From Alphaproteobacteria bacterium (GTDB lineage: Bacteria > Pseudomonadota > Alphaproteobacteria > Micavibrionales > UBA2020), in the NCBI GenBank assembly GCA_035437825.1, contig DAOMYX010000008.1, positions 730 through 64,729 on the forward strand: a stretch of DNA of 64,000 bases, written 5' to 3'. A program made the translations under genes and the position numbers. The notes beneath the pieces were generated by a model. The model was not told the origin of the DNA and did no database searches. It saw nothing but the letters and a program-made list of their open reading frames with translations. Numbering within the stretch: the first letter of the stretch is position 1; each line of letters begins with the position of its first letter. This document shows, one piece after another, positions 51,901 to 61,292 of this stretch.

Positions 51901-51925
51901 TAAAAAACCCGCCTTGCGGCGGGCT
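51901..51925 (-). terminator. Intrinsic terminator downstream of tRNA-Glu
   Basis: The minus strand reads CCCGCC-GCAA-GGCGGG, followed by TTTTTT. Confidence 0.7.
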
Positions 51926-51938
51926 TGTTTTCTCGAAG

Positions 51939-52014
51939 TGGCGTCCCCTAGGGGATTCGAACCCCTGTTACATCCGTGAAAGGGACGTGTCCTAGGCCTC
52001 TAGACGAAGGGGAC
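51939..52014 (-). tRNA. tRNA-Glu (anticodon UUC)
   Basis: The 76-nt sequence is GTCCCCTTCGTCTAGAGGCCTAGGACACGTCCCTTTCACGGATGTAACAGGGGTTCGAATCCCCTAGGGGACGCCA. It is nearly identical in architecture to E. coli tRNA-Glu. Confidence 0.95.
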
Positions 52015-52197
52015 GCAATGTCTTTCGAGGTGAAGTGTTTTTACCCGCCATGCGCCTGAAAATCAAGCGGTATTTTCGCAGGCGTGCCGGAATTTTACCT
52101 GCGCACTAAATGTTTATTTTCATTGAGTTTTTATTGAACGCTGCAGCAGGTTTAAACCGCGTGACACAGCATCGCGGACATCGCCGAGTGGTCAGAA

Positions 52198-54036
52198 TCA
52201 ACCATATACGCGCGCGGCGTCCACAATCTGGAAGTTCACGCTCTCGCGGCCTTGCCAGCTGTTAATCGTCACATGCCCCGCCAGATGCAGCGGCGCGCCG
52301 CCGGATTTCAGCAAGGCTTCGCCAAGCGCCGTATCCATCGCGCGGAAGGCAATCGCCTTCACACTGCCGCCGCCCGCGGTATCCTGAATAAAACAGCTGA
52401 CGTGTTTTTCGCCGACGACCGTGGCCTTGATGATTTTAACAGCGGAGAGGACAAAGCGCGGCTCCGCATGACCGGCGCCATAGGGGCCGAGGCTTGCGAT
52501 TTTTTCTGCCATTTCCAGCGTCAAGGCCGGCACGGACAGCACATGGTCCACGCGCAGCTCCGGCTGCACGGGCGCGCCGTTCATCTGCGCCGCGACATGC
52601 GCGTTCACAAAATCCTGAAGTTCCTGCAGGCGCGATTGCACGACGGTAAAACCTGCCGCCATTTTATGGCCGCCGCCCGCGACAAGAATTTCATTTTGCT
52701 TGGCCGCGATAATTGCCGCGCCAAGGTCAATGTTACCTGCCGAGCGGCCGGAGGCCTTGCCGATGCCGTTGTGGTCAAAAGCAATGACGCAAGCGGGACG
52801 GTTATATTTTTCTTTCAGCCGCGCGGCGACGATGCCGATAACACCGGGATGCCATCCCTCGCCCGCGACCATGATAACGCTGTCTTGATGTGCGCCGCGC
52901 GCTTCGACCATTTCAAGCGCTTCGACCAGCACGGCGTCTTCAATCGCCTTGCGCTCGCTGTTGTAGTCGTGCAGCTTGCTGGCGAGCACGCGCGCCTCCA
53001 GCGTGTCATCTGTCGAAAGCAAACGCCAGCCAAGCCCCGCCTCGCCCACGCGGCCGCCCGCATTCACGCGCGGACCGAAAACAAAACCCGCATGGAACGC
53101 GCCGATTTCCTGCGCCACGCCCGCAATGTCGCCCAGCGCGACAAGACCCGCGTTCTGGCGCATGGCCATAACCTTCAGCCCCTGCGACACAAACGCGCGG
53201 TTGATGCCCGTCAGCGGCACAACGTCGCACACAGTGCCGAGCGCGACGATATCCAGCCATTTGAGGATATGCGGCTCCGTGCGTTTATCATTATAAAATC
53301 CGCGCTGGCGCAAAACGCGATTGACCGCAACGATGGTCAAGAACGTTACGCCCACGGCGGCCATGTGACCAAGGCCACTGTCGTCATCGATGCGGTTCGG
53401 GTTCACGACGGCATCGGCATCGGGCAGCGCAGGTTCTGCGCGGTGATGGTCGAGGATAACAATATCCAGCCCCGCAGCCTTGCCCGCCGCAATCGCGTCA
53501 TAGGCGGTAATGCCGCAATCAACGGTAATCAGCAAATCCGCCCCCGCGGCGCGCAGGCTTTGCAGCGCGGCGGCATTGGGGCCGTAGCCTTCCTTGATGC
53601 GGTCAGGAATATAAATGTCGAGCGGCAGGCCAAGCGCGGTGAAAAAGCGTTTCAAAAGCGCACTCGACGTTGCGCCATCGACGTCGTAATCGCCAAAGAC
53701 GGCGACGCGCTGGCCTTTTTCAATCGCATCGGCAATGCGGTTCGCCGCGCGTTCCATGTCGCGCATGACGTAAGGGTCGGGCATTTGTTCGCGCAGGGTC
53801 GGGTTCATAAAACCCGCAACGCCGTCCATGCCTATCCCGCGTGCGGACAAAAGCCGCGTAACAATCAGCGGCAAGCCGTGCGCCTGCGCCATCGCCACGG
53901 AAAGACGCTCATCCGTCGGGGTGAACATCCATTTTTTGTCCAAAACCGAGCGCGCAACATCCAGCACGGAGGATGTATCATTCTCCCCCGTTTGCGGCGC
54001 GACCTGCGCGGCGTTATGCTGGATGGGCGTGTTCAT
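52198..54036 (-). CDS. recJ: Single-stranded-DNA-specific exonuclease RecJ
   Basis: 612 aa with DHH-family motifs (VAVFGDYDVDGATS, ITVDCGI, ILDHH). Confidence 0.95.
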   Translation of the reverse strand: MNTPIQHNAAQVAPQTGENDTSSVLDVARSVLDKKWMFTPTDERLSVAMAQAHGLPLIVTRLLSARGIGMDGVAGFMNPTLREQMPDPYVMRDMERAANRIADAIEKGQRVAVFGDYDVDGATSSALLKRFFTALGLPLDIYIPDRIKEGYGPNAAALQSLRAAGADLLITVDCGITAYDAIAAGKAAGLDIVILDHHRAEPALPDADAVVNPNRIDDDSGLGHMAAVGVTFLTIVAVNRVLRQRGFYNDKRTEPHILKWLDIVALGTVCDVVPLTGINRAFVSQGLKVMAMRQNAGLVALGDIAGVAQEIGAFHAGFVFGPRVNAGGRVGEAGLGWRLLSTDDTLEARVLASKLHDYNSERKAIEDAVLVEALEMVEARGAHQDSVIMVAGEGWHPGVIGIVAARLKEKYNRPACVIAFDHNGIGKASGRSAGNIDLGAAIIAAKQNEILVAGGGHKMAAGFTVVQSRLQELQDFVNAHVAAQMNGAPVQPELRVDHVLSVPALTLEMAEKIASLGPYGAGHAEPRFVLSAVKIIKATVVGEKHVSCFIQDTAGGGSVKAIAFRAMDTALGEALLKSGGAPLHLAGHVTINSWQGRESVNFQIVDAARVYG

Positions 54037-54038
54037 GT

Positions 54039-55034
54039 TTATTTATACCCACTTTTGCGCGTGAAATTATGCGTGGCCTCGATACGGCGCAGCGTACCGG
54101 TTTTGGAGCGCATGACAACCGAATGCGTATGCGCGCCGCCCGCAAAACGGCGCACGCCTTTCAGCATGGCGCCGTCGGTCACGCCGGTTGCCGCAAACAT
54201 CACATCGCCCTTGGCAAGGTCGGTCATGGCGTATTTGCGCGTAAGGTCTTTAACGCCCCAGCGTGCCGCACGCGCTTTTTCATCATCGTTGCGGAACAGC
54301 AAACGGCCTTGCATAAAACCGCCAACGCAGCGCAGAGCTGCGGCCGCCAGAACGCCTTCGGGCGCGCCGCCGCTGCCCATGTAAATATCAACGCCGCTGC
54401 CCGGCTCCGCCGTTGCAATTACGCCGGAAACGTCACCGTCGGAAATCAGCATAATGCGCGCACCCGCTTCACGCACGCGGGCAATCAGTTCCGCATGACG
54501 CGGACGGTCGAGGATGCAGGCGACAAGGTCGGAAACCTCTACACCTTTTGCCGCCGCAAGCGCGCGCAGGTTTTCTGCGGGCGTTGCGTCCAAATCAACT
54601 ACATCATCCGGAAGGCCGCCGCCCACCGCGATTTTATCCATGTAAACGTCCGGGGCGTTCAGGAACCCGCCCTTTTCTGCCATGGCCACAACGGCAAGCG
54701 CGTTCGGCCCGCCCTTCGCGGTAATCGTCGTCCCCTCCAGCGGGTCGAGCGCGATATCAAGCGCAGGGCCATCGCCCGCACCGACTTTTTCACCGATATA
54801 AAGCATCGGGGCTTCGTCGCGTTCCCCCTCCCCAATCACGACGGTGCCGTCGATGTGCAGGGCGTTGAGCGCGTTGCGCATCGCATCGACTGCGGCCTGG
54901 TCGGCGGCTTTTTCATCGCCGCGACCCATCAGCAGCGATGCGGACAGCGCGGCGGCTTCGGTCACGCGCACCAGTTCCATCGCAAGGTTGCGGTCCATCG
55001 TCAGACGTTCTTCGGGGCGCGTATGCGCGGTCAT
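54039..55034 (-). CDS. glpX: Class II fructose-1,6-bisphosphatase GlpX
   Basis: The start is the ATG at 55034 after a GAAGGAGA RBS. Motifs are DRNLAMELVRVTEAAALSASLLMGRGDEKAADQAAVDAM. Confidence 0.93.
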   Translation of the reverse strand: MTAHTRPEERLTMDRNLAMELVRVTEAAALSASLLMGRGDEKAADQAAVDAMRNALNALHIDGTVVIGEGERDEAPMLYIGEKVGAGDGPALDIALDPLEGTTITAKGGPNALAVVAMAEKGGFLNAPDVYMDKIAVGGGLPDDVVDLDATPAENLRALAAAKGVEVSDLVACILDRPRHAELIARVREAGARIMLISDGDVSGVIATAEPGSGVDIYMGSGGAPEGVLAAAALRCVGGFMQGRLLFRNDDEKARAARWGVKDLTRKYAMTDLAKGDVMFAATGVTDGAMLKGVRRFAGGAHTHSVVMRSKTGTLRRIEATHNFTRKSGYK

Positions 55035-55190
55035 GGAAAAATCTCCTTCAAAACCGGTGCCGGATTTCAACAAGGCGGAGGTCATGTTTTTAATTCCTTT
55101 TCTCACCAAAAAAGCCGCTGCTCGGATACGGCGTTTTTTATATTACCGCGACGGCTCTGCGCTTCGCGCAACCGCGACTGCGATAAGCCT

Positions 55191-56489
55191 TTAACCTTTG
55201 AACTCTTCAATCCGCATCATGTGCGGGGTTTCCATTACCGATTTCAATGCCGAGATTTTATCAACCGCATGGCGCATATCGGCTTCGCGCGTTTCATGCG
55301 TTGTCATGATAAGCTGCACCGGCTGGCCGGGGTCGCGGCCGCGCTGCAAAACGGATTCCAGCGAAACCTTGTCGTCGCGCAAAATGGCGGAGATGTCGGC
55401 AACCACACCCGGCACGTCCAGAACCTTGAAGCGCAGGTAGAAAGAGCCTTCGCGCGCGCGAATATCCGCAGGCTCAAGCGCGCCGACTTTATCATTCGCC
55501 ACGCCCATCAGCGGCAAGGCCTGACCGCGCGCGATATCCACGATGTCAGCCACAACGGCGCTGGCCGTTGCATCGCCGCCCGCGCCCGCGCCCATCAACA
55601 AAACTTTGCCGACGAAATCGCCATCGACATAAACCGCATTGAGCGGGCCGCCGACAGCCGCAATCGGACTTGCCTGCGGTACAAGGCACGGCTCCACCGA
55701 CTGTTCGATGCCGCGCGCGGTTTTACGCGCGATGCCGAGCAGCTTGATGCGGTAGCCAAGCTCCGCCGCGAAGGCGATATCAAGCGCGCTGACGCCGCGG
55801 ATACCCTTGAGCTCGATATTCTTCACATCCGGCACGCAGCCGAAGGCCAGACCCGACAGGATAGAAAGCTTATGCCCCGCATCGACACCATCAACGTCAA
55901 AAGACGGGTCAGCTTCGGCATAACCGCGCTGCTGCGCTTCGGCCAGCACGTCATCGAAATCGCGGCCGCTTTCCGTCATGGTCGAAAGGATGAAATTGCA
56001 GGTGCCGTTCAAGATGCCGTAGATGGCATGAATGCGGTTTGCCGCAAGACCTTCGCGCAGCCCCTTGATAACAGGGATGCCGCCCGCAACGGCCGCTTCA
56101 AAAGCAATCGCGCCTTTGCCATCGCCCATATACGCCAGCACTTCGCCGCCGCGGCTGGCCAGCAGCGCCTTGTTCGCGGTCACGACGTTCTTGCCCGCTT
56201 TGAGCGCGCCGGTGACCAAATCAAACGCCGCGCCTTCGGCGCCGCCCATCAGCTCGACCACCACATCGACATTCGGGTCTGCGGCAAGTGCGCGCGCATC
56301 GTCGTGCCAGCTGACGCCGGAGAGGTCGAGCCCGCGGTTGCGGTTTTTATCGCGCGCCGATACGGCGGTCACAACAATATCGCGCCCCGCCCGCGCCGAA
56401 AGAATATCCGAATTCGCCTTGATAAGGCGAAACACGCTGGCGCCGACGTTGCCCAGGCCTGCAATACCGATACGGAGTGGCGTGGCCAT
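55191..56489 (-). CDS. hom: Homoserine dehydrogenase
   Basis: The start is the ATG at 56489 (MATPLRIGIAGLGNVG). It has a C-terminal ACT domain. Confidence 0.95.
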   Translation of the reverse strand: MATPLRIGIAGLGNVGASVFRLIKANSDILSARAGRDIVVTAVSARDKNRNRGLDLSGVSWHDDARALAADPNVDVVVELMGGAEGAAFDLVTGALKAGKNVVTANKALLASRGGEVLAYMGDGKGAIAFEAAVAGGIPVIKGLREGLAANRIHAIYGILNGTCNFILSTMTESGRDFDDVLAEAQQRGYAEADPSFDVDGVDAGHKLSILSGLAFGCVPDVKNIELKGIRGVSALDIAFAAELGYRIKLLGIARKTARGIEQSVEPCLVPQASPIAAVGGPLNAVYVDGDFVGKVLLMGAGAGGDATASAVVADIVDIARGQALPLMGVANDKVGALEPADIRAREGSFYLRFKVLDVPGVVADISAILRDDKVSLESVLQRGRDPGQPVQLIMTTHETREADMRHAVDKISALKSVMETPHMMRIEEFKG

Positions 56490-56602
56490 CCACAGCCTCT
56501 TTTCTGTTTTATCTACACCCTGCCCGCGCAAGGACGCATCCGCTCGCGGGCGCCGTTTATTAATTCTGTCTGCGCAAAGGGGGCCAACGGCCCCCTTGCT
56601 GC

Positions 56603-57307
56603 TTAATACTGCGCGCCGTTCACATAGAGATCGACACGGCGGTCAGCGGCTTCCTGCGTACGCGGGCCGGCGGAGACGTTCGGCTCCTCGTCGCCCTTCG
56701 ATACTGCCTGCACCCATGCCGGGTTCAGGCCGGCGCGGTTCAGCTCCTGCGTGACGGCATTGGCGCGTTTTTGCGCCATTTCAAAGTTAATCATTTTGCG
56801 GCGCAGCGGGTCGGCAATTCCGTCCACGCGCTTGCTGGCATGACCGACAACCGTCACGGCAACCGAAGCTGTCGCATTCTGGCTGATACCTTGCGCAAGG
56901 GTGTGCAGGGTTTTCTTCTCGCCCGATGTCAGGTGCGAAGAGCCGTGCAGGAAGTAAATCTGCTGTACCAGCTGGCCGTAATCATCCATCGACATCAAGG
57001 TCGCATCAGACGCGCCATCCACCGGATAGACGCTCACGGGGTCGGTCGCAACAACCGCGCCTTCGCCTTCGGGCAGCTGGTAATCTTCAATCTGGTTCCA
57101 GGCGGGTTCTTGAAACACCGGCTTCAGCACGGGGCGGTTTTTGTTATGGCCGGTATAGCCCGTCGGCATCGTGCCCAGCTTTTTTTCCGTATTGGACGGG
57201 CGACCGTTCATCCACTCCCACGCGTCCATCTTGCCATCATCGCGCGCCGCGCAACCAGCAAGGAACATCAGAGCCACAACGGGAAGAACAATACGGCCAA
57301 AACGCAT
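56603..57307 (-). CDS. OmpA-family lipoprotein
   Basis: It has lipobox FLAGC and a C-terminal OmpA-like peptidoglycan-binding domain (NFEMAQKRANAVTQEL...ADRRVDLYV). Confidence 0.85.
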   Translation of the reverse strand: MRFGRIVLPVVALMFLAGCAARDDGKMDAWEWMNGRPSNTEKKLGTMPTGYTGHNKNRPVLKPVFQEPAWNQIEDYQLPEGEGAVVATDPVSVYPVDGASDATLMSMDDYGQLVQQIYFLHGSSHLTSGEKKTLHTLAQGISQNATASVAVTVVGHASKRVDGIADPLRRKMINFEMAQKRANAVTQELNRAGLNPAWVQAVSKGDEEPNVSAGPRTQEAADRRVDLYVNGAQY

Positions 57308-57488
57308 GAGACAGAAACCCCAGTCTAAAAAAATCGCGCAAACAGAATGTGCGGATATTTGTTTTGTGAATCAGCTTGATAGCTGCGTTAGACAGTGTGG
57401 CCGAAACCGCCCGTTTGGGCAAGCAGGATTGATGCGGTTTTACATGAAAAATAAAAAAAATTCAGCGCCCTGCACACGGGGGAAACCG

Positions 57489-58127
57489 TCACGGGCGGCG
57501 CTTGAGAATGACCGTGCGGAAAGACAGGTCGCTGCCATCGAGTGCCTTGCGGCCAGAGAAATCAGGCACCAGCTTGTCCATAACGATGTCTATTCCGTCA
57601 TTTGGTGCGGCCGCCTGATTGAATGCTTCAACAGCCTTTTCTATTTCATTATGTTTAATGGTAAATTGATGCTCACGCGATGCCGGCGTCGGGTATTGCA
57701 CCTCGAGAAACCCACCCCTAGCCGCCATAGAAAACATTTTAGATAAAGAAGATGCACGGTTTTCTTCAGGCACATATTGAAGAACGCCAACACTTGTAAT
57801 CACATCAAAAGGCGCGGCGGCGTCAGACGCTGCACTCATTTCAGGCAAAACATCAGAAGACCATTTTATATTTTTGTTTTTAAATGTTTCTTCGCCGTTT
57901 TTTCGCAGAGCCTCTGCCGGCTCGCAGGCAAGAACCGTGTGACCGCGGTCTGCGAACATAGCGGCGTCCGCGCCGCTACCTGCGCCGATATCCAAAACCT
58001 TAAGCGCCTGCCCCTCCGGCAGCATAGACAGCAGGTCGGCATGCACCTTCGCCCTATCAAGGGCGTTGTACTGCCGCGCCAGTTCATCTGCGCGGTCATT
58101 GAAATAATCGATGGCGGGTTTGTTCAT
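57489..58127 (-). CDS. Class I SAM-dependent methyltransferase
   Basis: SAM motif VLDIGAGSGADAAMFADRGHTVLACEP. Confidence 0.8.
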   Translation of the reverse strand: MNKPAIDYFNDRADELARQYNALDRAKVHADLLSMLPEGQALKVLDIGAGSGADAAMFADRGHTVLACEPAEALRKNGEETFKNKNIKWSSDVLPEMSAASDAAAPFDVITSVGVLQYVPEENRASSLSKMFSMAARGGFLEVQYPTPASREHQFTIKHNEIEKAVEAFNQAAAPNDGIDIVMDKLVPDFSGRKALDGSDLSFRTVILKRRP

Positions 58128-58136
58128 GACGCCAAA

Positions 58137-58640
58137 TTACAGGTATCGGGCGGCCAGTTCAACATAATGTTTGGCTGAATATGGGATATATGCCTTTTCT
58201 TCCGCCGTCAGTTCGCGCATAAAACGCGCGGGCGAGCCCGCCCAAAGTTGCCCCGCAGGTACACGTTTCCCCGGTGTCACCAACGCCCCCGCCGCCACCA
58301 TCGCGCCGGATTCGACATAGGCACCATCCATAACGCAGGCCTGCATGCCGATAAAGGCGGCGTCTTCCACCGTGCAGGCATGTAAAAGCGCCATGTGCCC
58401 GACCGTCACATCCGCCCCGATATAGGTGCCCTGCAAAGTCGATGAAACATGGATGACCGTGCCGTCCTGAATATTCGTACGCGCGCCAATTTTTATGTCA
58501 TTTACATCACCGCGCACGACGCAGTTGTACCAGATATTGGCGCCATCGCCGATTTCCACATCGCCCACAATATGGGCGCCCGGCGCAATCCAGACCTTGT
58601 GCCCGAGACGGGGCATAATATCCTTGTAAGGGTGAAGCAT
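58137..58640 (-). CDS. Gamma-class carbonic-anhydrase-like hexapeptide-repeat protein (YrdA/PaaY family)
   Basis: 167 aa with a left-handed beta-helix repeat pattern and the His motif IHVSS...VGHMALLH. Confidence 0.88.
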   Translation of the reverse strand: MLHPYKDIMPRLGHKVWIAPGAHIVGDVEIGDGANIWYNCVVRGDVNDIKIGARTNIQDGTVIHVSSTLQGTYIGADVTVGHMALLHACTVEDAAFIGMQACVMDGAYVESGAMVAAGALVTPGKRVPAGQLWAGSPARFMRELTAEEKAYIPYSAKHYVELAARYL

Positions 58641-58723
58641 GGAAATAAACCTTTAATGTTTTTCTTTGCAGGACAATACCCGAGTATTATATAACCCGTC
58701 CGGTCATAACGGAGGGAAAAAAC

Positions 58724-59431
58724 ATGCCGTTCAGAAAATTCGTACAGGGCTACAAGGACTTTTATAAAAACTACTTCCAGTCCGACAGCAACGTGTATGA
58801 GGAACTGGTGCGCCACGGCCAATCGCCGGAAACGCTGGTTATCGCCTGTTCGGATTCCCGCACCGACCCCGCCATCATCACCGGCGGCCAGCCCGGCGAG
58901 ATGTTCGTGGTGCGCAACGTGGCCGCTATTGTGCCGCCCTACCGCCACGACACCAACCACCACGGCACCAGTGCGGCCATCGAATTCGCCGTCAAAACGC
59001 TGAAGGTGAAGCATATCGTTGTTCTCGGCCACAGCATGTGCGGCGGCATCCAGGCTCTCGCGCAGCTCGACAAAGCGCAGCAGGAATATGAGTTCCTTGC
59101 GCAGTGGATGGATATCGCAACCCCTGCACGCGAAGCGGTGGAGGCGGAGCTTGGCGATGCCAACAGCCCCATCAAGCAGCGCGCGCTGGAACAGGCCGTT
59201 ATTCTGGTTTCGCTCAACAACCTCATGACATTTCCTTGGGTCGCCGCCAAAGTGGCCGCAGGGGAGCTGCAAATCCACGGCTGGTATTTCGACCTCAAAT
59301 CCGGCCAGATTTTCCGCTACAAGGAAAAGACGCAATCGTTCGAGAAACTCGCCGCCACCCTCCTCGGCCAGCAGGCCGAAGGCGAAGATGCGCACAAGCA
59401 TGATGAGAACAACGGTGAATGCTGCTGCTGA
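58724..59431 (+). CDS. Beta-class carbonic anhydrase
   Basis: Motifs are ACSDSRTDP and GHSMCGG. It has a C-terminal extension ending NNGECCC. Confidence 0.9.
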   Translation: MPFRKFVQGYKDFYKNYFQSDSNVYEELVRHGQSPETLVIACSDSRTDPAIITGGQPGEMFVVRNVAAIVPPYRHDTNHHGTSAAIEFAVKTLKVKHIVVLGHSMCGGIQALAQLDKAQQEYEFLAQWMDIATPAREAVEAELGDANSPIKQRALEQAVILVSLNNLMTFPWVAAKVAAGELQIHGWYFDLKSGQIFRYKEKTQSFEKLAATLLGQQAEGEDAHKHDENNGECCC

Positions 59432-59437
59432 AAATAG

Positions 59438-59914
59438 CTACCGCGTCGCGCTATAGGCAAAAATACGCAGCGCCGGATAAGCCATCGCCATAAACACCAG
59501 CAACCCCGCCGCTTCTGCGGGAATATCCTGCCCCGCGTCTATCACAAAGCCGCGGCTGAACCAGCCGCCGCGGCGCGTGAGCGTACCGATGGGGCGGCCA
59601 TCACAGCGCAAGGAAAATTCCTTGTTCTCCATCCGCTCGAGCCCGTAGCGCCGCCCATTCAGGTCGACACCATCCAGAACTGTTTCAACCGTCATCGGCT
59701 CGAGCCTCGCCACATCCGCCCCGCCGCTGCGGCAGATGAGCGCAAGACGGGTATTCTGCGCCTGTGTTTCGATGACGTATTGATGCGCGGTGCCATCGCT
59801 GGCCGTCAGCGTCGCCTCCATACCCAGCACGCCCATCTTTGCCAGTGCGACACCATCGCGCGCAATGATAAATTCTTTTTTGAAAAAGCCTTTGCTGGTC
59901 ACCGTCAGCTGCAT
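59438..59914 (-). CDS. Hypothetical protein
   Basis: I prefer the start at the ATG at 59914 (AAGGGG RBS 6 nt upstream) over the track start at 59956. I recognise no family with confidence. Confidence 0.5.
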   Translation of the reverse strand: MQLTVTSKGFFKKEFIIARDGVALAKMGVLGMEATLTASDGTAHQYVIETQAQNTRLALICRSGGADVARLEPMTVETVLDGVDLNGRRYGLERMENKEFSLRCDGRPIGTLTRRGGWFSRGFVIDAGQDIPAEAAGLLVFMAMAYPALRIFAYSATR

Positions 59915-59951
59915 CGCCTGCCCCTTATCTGAAAATCCCCTGAATACATGA

Positions 59952-59992
59952 TACAAAAAAACACCCGGCTGTTGAAGGCCGGGTGTTTTTTT
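59952..59992 (-). terminator. Intrinsic terminator of the rplM-rpsI operon (bidirectional shape)
   Basis: ACACCCGG-loop-CCGGGTGT, with A7 and T7 flanks. Confidence 0.75.
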
Positions 59993-60010
59993 GTAGCAAT
60001 AAGCGAAAGA

Positions 60011-60499
60011 TTAACGCTTGACCCACTGCGTGGAGCGGCGTGCTTTGTGCTTACCGTATTTTTTACGTTCGACAACACGGCTGTCGCGCGTCAGGAAGCC
60101 CGCTTTTTTCAGCGCTGCGCGCAGACCGGGTTCGAAGTTGACGAGCGCGCGGGAGATGCCGTGGCGTACAGCACCCGCCTGACCGGAGAGACCGCCGCCT
60201 GCAACGAAGCAAACAACGTCAAACTGGCCAACGCGGCCGGAGATTTCAAAGGCCTGGCTGATGATGAGGCGCTGGGTACCGCGCGCGAAGTAATGCGCGA
60301 TGTCCTTGCCGTTTACCGTGACTTTGCCGCTGCCGCGGGCAACCCATACGCGGGCAACTGCGTCTTTGCGGCGGCCGGTGCCGTAGGAACGGCCTTTGGC
60401 ATCAAGCACGGGCTTGCGTTCAACCGCAGCCGTTTCAACGCCGGTTGCTTTTTCGGCAACTGCGTCTTTCAGATCAGAGAGGTTTTTCTTGGTGGTCAT
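60011..60499 (-). CDS. rpsI: 30S ribosomal protein S9
   Basis: The C-terminus ...[19 protein letters not shown] is canonical S9. Confidence 0.97.
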   Translation of the reverse strand: MTTKKNLSDLKDAVAEKATGVETAAVERKPVLDAKGRSYGTGRRKDAVARVWVARGSGKVTVNGKDIAHYFARGTQRLIISQAFEISGRVGQFDVVCFVAGGGLSGQAGAVRHGISRALVNFEPGLRAALKKAGFLTRDSRVVERKKYGKHKARRSTQWVKR

Positions 60500-60517
60500 G
60501 CTTCAATACCTTCGCGA

Positions 60518-60979
60518 TTAGCGTTTGTTCTTCGGGTTCATGGAAGCCACATCAACCACTTCGGGTTTTTGTGCTTCGTGCGTATGCGTCGGACCCGCGA
60601 AAATGCGCAGGCCAGTCATTTGCTGGCGTGCAAGCGGGCTGTCTTTCGGCATCATGCGGCGAACGGCGTTCTCGATAACGCGGCCGGGGAATTTACCCGC
60701 AAGGATTTCGCCCTTGGTGCGGCCTTTGATACCGCCGGGATAACCGGTGTGCCAGTAGAACACGTCGAATTTTTCTTTTTTACCCGTGATACGGACTTTT
60801 TCCGCGTTAACGACGATGACGTTGTCACCGCAATCGATGTGCGCGGTGTACATGGGTTTATGTTTGCCGCGCAGGCGCATCGCGATAAGGCTGGCGAGGC
60901 GGCCGAGCGTGACGCCTTCCGCGTCAATCAGAAGCCATTTCTTTTCAACTTCCGAGGGTTTTGCCGAATAGGTTTTCAT
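60518..60979 (-). CDS. rplM: 50S ribosomal protein L13
   Basis: [30 protein letters not shown]... is canonical L13. Confidence 0.97.
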   Translation of the reverse strand: MKTYSAKPSEVEKKWLLIDAEGVTLGRLASLIAMRLRGKHKPMYTAHIDCGDNVIVVNAEKVRITGKKEKFDVFYWHTGYPGGIKGRTKGEILAGKFPGRVIENAVRRMMPKDSPLARQQMTGLRIFAGPTHTHEAQKPEVVDVASMNPKNKR

Positions 60980-61292
60980 CTCTTGTTTCCTGAATTATGC
61001 GGGCATGGCACACGCCACGCCTGTTTGCTTTTGGTGTGTTATGGAGCATTGATTCCCCGCCGTCAACAGAAAAACGCGACATTTTATAAAATCGTTTAAA
61101 ATCAATATCATAAATTGCGGTATATAAATACCACTTTCTAAACTGTTGTAATATAAACAATCAATAAGACGGTTGGCTTTATTTAAACTCAAACAAAAAA
61201 AAGGTGCAGCACTTTGACGATAAAGAGCTTAATACCGAGTTAAGCTCTTTATTGCATACTTATATTCAGGAGCCCTTAAGAAGTGCCGAATA

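Noticed and set aside
52252-56606. Two very long plus-strand ORFs (710 and 877 aa) spanning recJ, glpX and hom
   Set aside because: They are antisense shadow ORFs. Their products are Arg/Ala/His-rich with no recognisable motifs. The minus-strand genes carry unambiguous RecJ, GlpX and homoserine dehydrogenase signatures and proper RBSs.
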